DNA from: Syntrophorhabdaceae bacterium
Lineage (GTDB): Bacteria; Desulfobacterota; Syntrophorhabdia; Syntrophorhabdales; Syntrophorhabdaceae
Assembly (NCBI GenBank): GCA_963665295.1
Contig: OY762209.1
Location: forward strand, 672,001-736,000
Length of the DNA: 64,000 nucleotides
Direction of reading: 5' to 3'
In this document: positions 58,976 through 64,000 of the stretch, one piece after another
How the letters are laid out: every line of letters begins with the position of its first letter
How positions within the stretch are numbered: position 1 is the first letter of the stretch
The notes under the pieces: generated by a model
Databases searched by the model: none
Seen by the model: the letters and a program-made list of their open reading frames with translations, nothing else
Told to the model about the DNA's origin: nothing
Program-made: the position numbers and the translations under genes

Positions 58976-59695
58976 ATGAAAGACCATGGCGACGCCCATA
59001 TGACCGACGATACCTTACACGACCGGGGATACTCCGTCTGGTTCGTGCTGGTGGTCGCGGTGTTCGTCACGTGCCTTATGACCGCGAATATTATCGCCGC
59101 AAAACTGATCTCCGTCTTCGGCATGGTCCTGCCCGCGGCCATCGTCATATTCCCCCTGAGCTACGTCTTCGGCGACGTGCTCACCGAGGTGTACGGGTAC
59201 CGCAGGGCGAGGCGGGTGATCTGGCTCGGCTTCCTCTGCAACCTCATCCTCGTGGCCGCCGTATGGGTGAGCGGCATGCTGCCTCCCGCGCCCTTCTGGG
59301 ACGGACAGGCCGCATATGAGCGCATCCTCGGCTGTACCCCGCGCATTCTCGGGGCGTCCTTCGTCGCGTACCTCGTGGGGGAATTCGCCAATTCCCTCGT
59401 TCTCGCAAAGATGAAAATCGCCACCAAAGGCCGCTGGCTCTGGATGCGGACCATCGGGTCCACTGTCGTGGGAGAAGGACTCGATTCCCTCGTCTTCATG
59501 ACCCTCGCCTTCCTGGGACACATGCCCGGCCCTGTGCTCGCCTCCGCCATAATGAGCCAGTGGTTGGTAAAATCGATCTATGAGGCGGCCATCACACCCA
59601 TTACCTATAAGGTCGTCTATTTCCTGAAAGAGAAGGAAGGTATCGATACGTACGACTACGATACCCGCTTCAACCCCCTTCTCCTTACCGAATAG
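58976..59695 (+). CDS. yhhQ: Queuosine precursor transporter (VUT/YhhQ family)
   Basis: ANIIAAK...FPL...GDVLTEVYG...RILGAS...RTIGST...DS; adjacent to queC. Confidence 0.88.
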   Translation: MKDHGDAHMTDDTLHDRGYSVWFVLVVAVFVTCLMTANIIAAKLISVFGMVLPAAIVIFPLSYVFGDVLTEVYGYRRARRVIWLGFLCNLILVAAVWVSGMLPPAPFWDGQAAYERILGCTPRILGASFVAYLVGEFANSLVLAKMKIATKGRWLWMRTIGSTVVGEGLDSLVFMTLAFLGHMPGPVLASAIMSQWLVKSIYEAAITPITYKVVYFLKEKEGIDTYDYDTRFNPLLLTE

Positions 59696-59704
59696 GAGGA
59701 CTTT

Positions 59705-60409
59705 ATGGACGCCACCCTCGGCAAAGCCGCACAATGCCTCGTGATCCTGAGCGGAGGACAGGACTCAACCACCTGCCTCTATTGGGCTAAAGAACATTTC
59801 AAAGAGGTTTATACCCTCGCCTTCGATTATGGGCAGCGCCACCTGGTGGAGCTCAAATCGGCAGAGGCCGTCGCCCGTCTCGCCGGCGTAAAGGACCACG
59901 ATACCGTCAACATCAGGGGAATGATGGAAAGCACCAGTCCCCTTATCGATACGACCCGTCCCGTGGGCACCTATGGAGGCGTCGGGGAGCTTCCCGGCGG
60001 CATCGAGCCCACATTCATCCCCTGCCGGAATATCCTTTTCCTCACCATCGCCGCGAACCGCGCCGTGGTGAAGGGCATAAAGGACCTCGTCATAGGCGTG
60101 TCCGCCGTCGATTACGGAGGTTACCCCGACTGCCGTCCCGGGTTCATCAGGGGCATGCAGGAATCGTTAAGGGAAGGTCTCGAAATGGATATCACCATCC
60201 ACGCCCCCCTCATCACCCTGAGCAAGAAGGATGCGGTCCTTCTGGCCCTCACCCTGCCCGGGTGCATGGACGCATTGGCTCTGAGCCATACCTGCTACCA
60301 GGGCTCCCGCCCGCCGTGCGGCAAGTGCCACGCGTGCCTCCTCCGGGCGAAGGGCTTTCAGGAAGCGGGAGTGGAGGACCCCTTGATACGGTCCTTCAAC
60401 AAGGCGTAA
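59705..60409 (+). CDS. queC: 7-cyano-7-deazaguanine synthase
   Basis: SGGQDS; FDYGQRH; YPDCRP; TCY...CGKCHAC. Confidence 0.93.
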   Translation: MDATLGKAAQCLVILSGGQDSTTCLYWAKEHFKEVYTLAFDYGQRHLVELKSAEAVARLAGVKDHDTVNIRGMMESTSPLIDTTRPVGTYGGVGELPGGIEPTFIPCRNILFLTIAANRAVVKGIKDLVIGVSAVDYGGYPDCRPGFIRGMQESLREGLEMDITIHAPLITLSKKDAVLLALTLPGCMDALALSHTCYQGSRPPCGKCHACLLRAKGFQEAGVEDPLIRSFNKA

Positions 60410-60687
60410 AGATCATCCGCAGCCCGGTCCCGGTCGAGGGAACCGTCATTCATGCCTTTCTCGTAAAGGGCGACGAATTCCCCGAGAGAGCCTTCAGCCT
60501 TCGCCCAGGCCCAGAGCTTGGTGAAATCCTCCGGAATGGAGAAATCGTTGCTTCCGAGGATAAAATTATGGCACTTTTCACAGACATAGGCTATGAGCGA
60601 ATAGGTCATGAGCGGCTTTTCAGGGTCATAGACATGCCAGCACGCGCCCATCGCCTCCGTAAGAAATCTGTCCCGTTGTTCCTTCAA
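60358..60687 (-). CDS. Hypothetical protein (CWH...CxxC)
   Basis: RBS GGAGG; co-oriented with the upstream phosphatase; overlaps the queC 3' end. Confidence 0.6.
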   Translation of the reverse strand: MKEQRDRFLTEAMGACWHVYDPEKPLMTYSLIAYVCEKCHNFILGSNDFSIPEDFTKLWAWAKAEGSLGEFVALYEKGMNDGSLDRDRAADDLYALLKDRIKGSSTPAS

Positions 60688-60704
60688 TCAGAGCCTCCTT
60701 CGTA

Positions 60705-61337
60705 TCAAAAATCCTTGTAAACCCCAGGCGTGTCCGGCCCTTTCAGGTGGCACGTATCGTTGATGTAATGGAATACGTTCCCGTTGCCCTTTACCTCCAC
60801 GAGGGTTATGGAACAAGGGTCGCACCTCATGGTCCAGAAAAGGTTGTCCGGTGCTCCAAGAAGAGCGAGGGTAAGCACCTTGCAGACGACCCTGTGGCTC
60901 ACGATGACCAGATCGCCCTCCGTTGCCGCCATGGCGCTCTTAAGCCCCTTCCTGATCCTCCCCCTCACCTCACGGAGTGTCTCGCCCCCTTGGAGGCGCA
61001 GCTTCTGGGGCGCTTTTTCCCATGTCTCGTATGCCTCCGGCAGAAGGCTTCGGGCCTCGTCCACCGTAAGACCCTCCCACACGCCGAAGCTCATGTCGGT
61101 GAATTCCTCCGCCGCCATAACAGGACATCCCGTCACCCGGCCTATAGGCTCCGCCGTCTCACGGGCCCTCGCCAGGGGGCTTGAAACCACGCGCCCTATG
61201 GGCACGCTGTGAAAGGCCGCCCCTGTCTTCTCCGCCTGGGCGCGCCCCTTGCCATTCAAGGGAAGGTCGATCCTGCCACGGAAGACCGCCTCCCTGTTCC
61301 ATTCCGTTTCACCGTGCCTCACGAGATATATGCGCAT
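60705..61337 (-). CDS. Histidine phosphatase family (CobC/GpmB-like)
   Basis: LVRHGET; SSPL-x-RA; FG-x-WEG; VSH. Confidence 0.92.
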   Translation of the reverse strand: MRIYLVRHGETEWNREAVFRGRIDLPLNGKGRAQAEKTGAAFHSVPIGRVVSSPLARARETAEPIGRVTGCPVMAAEEFTDMSFGVWEGLTVDEARSLLPEAYETWEKAPQKLRLQGGETLREVRGRIRKGLKSAMAATEGDLVIVSHRVVCKVLTLALLGAPDNLFWTMRCDPCSITLVEVKGNGNVFHYINDTCHLKGPDTPGVYKDF

Positions 61338-61355
61338 AATCGGGGAATTCCTTTA

Positions 61356-62936
61356 TCAGATATGACGAAAAGCGTTCCTGATCGTCTCCTCCCTCACAGG
61401 ACGGGTCGAAAGGGAGACCACATAAAAGACGATGAAGGCTATGGGTAGGGCGATCACCTGGGGATCGATCATGGACCACGGGAGGCCGAGAAGGGTATCA
61501 CAGCCAAAGAGCGCCTTGCTGAGGCCTATGGTCTTTGCCTCATTCTCGTGAACGAGGAGCATCCAGATGAGGGAACAAAAGAAACCGCAAAGAATACTCG
61601 CTTTTGCCGCCGCCTTGGTGCCCCTCTTCCAGTAGAGGGCGAAGAGGTAGGCGGGAATGAAAGTGGAGCCGCACAGGCTGAAGAAGAGGGCCGTTGCCAT
61701 GGCAATGCTCCCTTCCGGCAATATGAGCCCGAAGAAAAGGGTGGTGAAGATGCTGAATACGATGCCGAGCCTCGTGACGATCGTCGTTTCCGCCACCGAT
61801 TTCCCCTTGAGGAGGGCCTGTTCGAAGATGTCCCTGCTCAAAGATGTGCCGAGGGTATGAAACTGGCTGCTGTTCGCGCTCATGGCCGAGGCCATGAGGG
61901 TCACCAGGAAGAGGGCGACGAACCACGGGGGATAAAACCTCTCGATATAGAGAGGTATAATCTTGTCCACGTTCCCCTGTACCTCCTGGATGGCCAGTCC
62001 AAGGTAATTATTGTAGAAAAAGACGTTCGTGAGAGGCCCCACCATGAACGCGATCCCCGTGGTGAGGAGGATGAAGAGAGCGGTGAAGGGAATCGACCGG
62101 TTCAGCTCCCTGTCCGTCTTGAGGGTCATGAACCGAATATTGAGCTGGGGCTGTCCTATTACCCCGACCCCCACGCCCATGACCATGGTGGTAATGATAT
62201 ACCACCACAGGGGCGAGGCAAACTCAGGCATGGCGGTAAACCCCCGGTGGCCCGCTTCTTTAAGAAGCTCCGGCACGAGGGGCGCGAGGCTCGTCAGGGA
62301 CTTGTGGCCCATCATGACCCCTCCCGAGGCCGCATAGGTAGTGACACCGATCACCGCCATGACCACGATCATGATGATGCCCTGGAAGGCCGAAGTATAG
62401 AGGACCCCCTTGAGACCTCCCCATATGACGTAACATGCCGTAACGAGAAGAAATACCAGGTATGCCGTGGCGAAGGGCACGTTGAGATAGACCTCCATGA
62501 ACCGCGCAATGGCAATGAGGATGGCGGAGCTGTAGAGGGGCATGAAAATAAGAATGACAAGGGCGGAGAATCCTTGGACAAAACGCGACTCGTAGCGCCT
62601 CCCAAGCAGCTCGGGAAAGGTATGGGCATCCAGGGACTTGCCCATCTTCCTCGTCCTCTTTCCGAAGACGACGAAGGCCACGAAGACCCCAATCATGATG
62701 TTGAGAAAGGCGAGCCACATCATGTCGAAGCCGTAAAGGGCGCTCACCCCGCCGAAGCCTATGATGGCGGAGGTGCTTATGTAGGTGGAACCGTAACTCA
62801 GGGCCATGGTCACAGGGTGGACGGTCCTCCCCGCGAGAAGGTAATCGGACACCGTCGTGGTCCGCCTGTATCCCACGTAACTCAGGTAGATGGTGATTGC
62901 GAGGTAGAGGACGGTGAAGGTAATGAGGTAGGCCAT
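61356..62936 (-). CDS. Sodium:solute symporter family protein
   Basis: DYLLAGR...ST...GG...GQPQ...RFM...MSA; about 13 TM segments. Confidence 0.92.
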   Translation of the reverse strand: MAYLITFTVLYLAITIYLSYVGYRRTTTVSDYLLAGRTVHPVTMALSYGSTYISTSAIIGFGGVSALYGFDMMWLAFLNIMIGVFVAFVVFGKRTRKMGKSLDAHTFPELLGRRYESRFVQGFSALVILIFMPLYSSAILIAIARFMEVYLNVPFATAYLVFLLVTACYVIWGGLKGVLYTSAFQGIIMIVVMAVIGVTTYAASGGVMMGHKSLTSLAPLVPELLKEAGHRGFTAMPEFASPLWWYIITTMVMGVGVGVIGQPQLNIRFMTLKTDRELNRSIPFTALFILLTTGIAFMVGPLTNVFFYNNYLGLAIQEVQGNVDKIIPLYIERFYPPWFVALFLVTLMASAMSANSSQFHTLGTSLSRDIFEQALLKGKSVAETTIVTRLGIVFSIFTTLFFGLILPEGSIAMATALFFSLCGSTFIPAYLFALYWKRGTKAAAKASILCGFFCSLIWMLLVHENEAKTIGLSKALFGCDTLLGLPWSMIDPQVIALPIAFIVFYVVSLSTRPVREETIRNAFRHI

Positions 62937-62939
62937 GGG

Positions 62940-63122
62940 TTAAGGCAGCTTCTCGATCAATTCGATTTCCTCTTTCTCCCAGCGGATCTCTTCCCTGTAG
63001 TCCCCTTCCTTTTCCTCGGTCCCCTTGTGCCAGCAGGCGATGCCGTAGGCAAGGCAGAAAAGCACCGAGCAAATGGTGAGAACATATCCCAGGGTTGTCC
63101 AGATATCCGCGAATCCAAGCAT
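62940..63122 (-). CDS. Symporter small accessory protein
   Basis: MLG-x-x-D-x-W...YG-x-x-x-W; single TM directly upstream of the SSS gene. Confidence 0.75.
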   Translation of the reverse strand: MLGFADIWTTLGYVLTICSVLFCLAYGIACWHKGTEEKEGDYREEIRWEKEEIELIEKLP

Positions 63123-63236
63123 TGAGGTTGAATACACTTTATTGTTTTTGTTGCGGACTTGTCAATGCAAATTGCAGGGGTGATGCGCGGGAGAGCGGAT
63201 ACGGAGAGGGGGCCGTGACTTAAGCCCCCTTCGTGG

Positions 63237-63494
63237 CTAATTCGCCGCAGCGCTGGAAGCCTTCTTCTTTGCCTTCTTGCTCTTTTTCGCCTTCTTTGCT
63301 TTCTTCTTCGACTTCTTTGCCTTCTTGACAGTTTTTTCCGGGGCCGCCGTGTCCGAAGCGGTTACCTTCGCGGGCTCCGCCGCCGGAGCAGCAGCCGGAG
63401 CAGCCGGTGCCGCCTTCTCCTGAGTAAATCCTGCTGACGCGAAAACTACGGTAATAAGTATTGCAACGATAAAAACAAGTGCCTTCTTCATCAT
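63237..63494 (-). CDS. Exported Ala/Pro- and Lys-rich low-complexity protein
   Basis: RBS GGAGG; signal peptide; KKAKKSKK repeats; downstream hairpin at 63207-63230. Confidence 0.75.
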   Translation of the reverse strand: MMKKALVFIVAILITVVFASAGFTQEKAAPAAPAAAPAAEPAKVTASDTAAPEKTVKKAKKSKKKAKKAKKSKKAKKKASSAAAN

Positions 63495-63673
63495 GTCACC
63501 TCCTCTCTTTTTTTAGACATTATAGCAGATTGTAAGCATAAGTACAGTCAAGAGTGTAGAAACAACCGAATCATCTATGAGCCCGATAGCGCCCGGGCTA
63601 TCGTCTGAGTCTTCACCATCAAACATGGAAGATTGCGTCTATTGACGCACGCCGCTCCCGACTGCCGACTGCC

Positions 63674-63895
63674 TCACTTCACGCTGTCCTTGGGCGGGCG
63701 GGCCATCCCCCTCATCACCATAAGCACGATGATCGCCCCTACTATGACGCCCGCGAAAGTGGAGAGGAAAATCGCCAGGGCCAGGGACGCCTCCGTTTTC
63801 CAGAAAAGGAAGGAAAGAGCCACGGGCGCTGCGTTCTGAACCGAGAATATGGTGACCAGACCTACGATAATTACGACGAGTATTACGGTGACCAT
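63674..63895 (-). CDS. LapA-family membrane protein
   Basis: IFSVQN...V-x-L-x-FLFW...SL; 2 TM. Confidence 0.75.
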   Translation of the reverse strand: MVTVILVVIIVGLVTIFSVQNAAPVALSFLFWKTEASLALAIFLSTFAGVIVGAIIVLMVMRGMARPPKDSVK

Positions 63896-64000
63896 CCGTC
63901 CTCCTTTATGGCGGCGAAAGCAAAGGGCAAACCGGGGCCCTCGCTGTACCATAAATATAAGTATACACCATGGCGGGCTCAAAACCTTTGAGGAAATATT

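Noticed and set aside
1..64000. tRNA (including tRNA-Sec) or rRNA genes
   Set aside because: No T-loop/cloverleaf or rRNA signature found by eye; tRNAscan-SE and barrnap would confirm.

Overview
Bacterial chromosomal window. The gene content (aryl/acyl-CoA ligases, AAHS transporter, anaerobic sulfatase maturase, Rdx selenoprotein, PAS-zinc-ribbon protein) suggests an anaerobic Desulfobacterota/Syntrophorhabdus-like organism; this is inference only. Bases 1-17,100 form a mobile/defence island: an edge-truncated ABC-three-component (Lamassu-like) nuclease effector, IS66 and IS30 remnants, an IS110-family (IS1111-type) element inserted in a REP-like palindrome and itself broken by an IS3, an IS1634 plus a related MITE, an AT-rich dual-OB + DUF488 + DUF488 operon, an MCP, a Kelch surface protein, a group II intron with a frameshifted RT, and an RHH-RelE toxin-antitoxin pair. 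The most striking structure is the IS1111 non-coding end, which appears to encode a bridge/seek RNA with TWO tandem target-binding loops plus one donor-binding loop. The guide segments match the REP-like target and the predicted circle junction, and an empty target copy lies at 11,042-11,160. The remainder is mostly housekeeping or accessory: LPS glycosyltransferases and kinase, a frameshifted radical SAM gene, rnc, two acyl-CoA ligases, sulfatase + anSME, a double serine hydrolase, an RpoD paralogue with an altered region 2.4, a UGA-recoded CxxU selenoprotein missing from the ORF track, a surface-protein/S74-fibre operon knocked out twice (IS630 and IS3), csp, ftsH, PAS-LuxR, MFS, yhhQ-queC and an SSS transporter. 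No tRNA, rRNA or CRISPR array was seen. All calls are from manual reading; no database searches were run.
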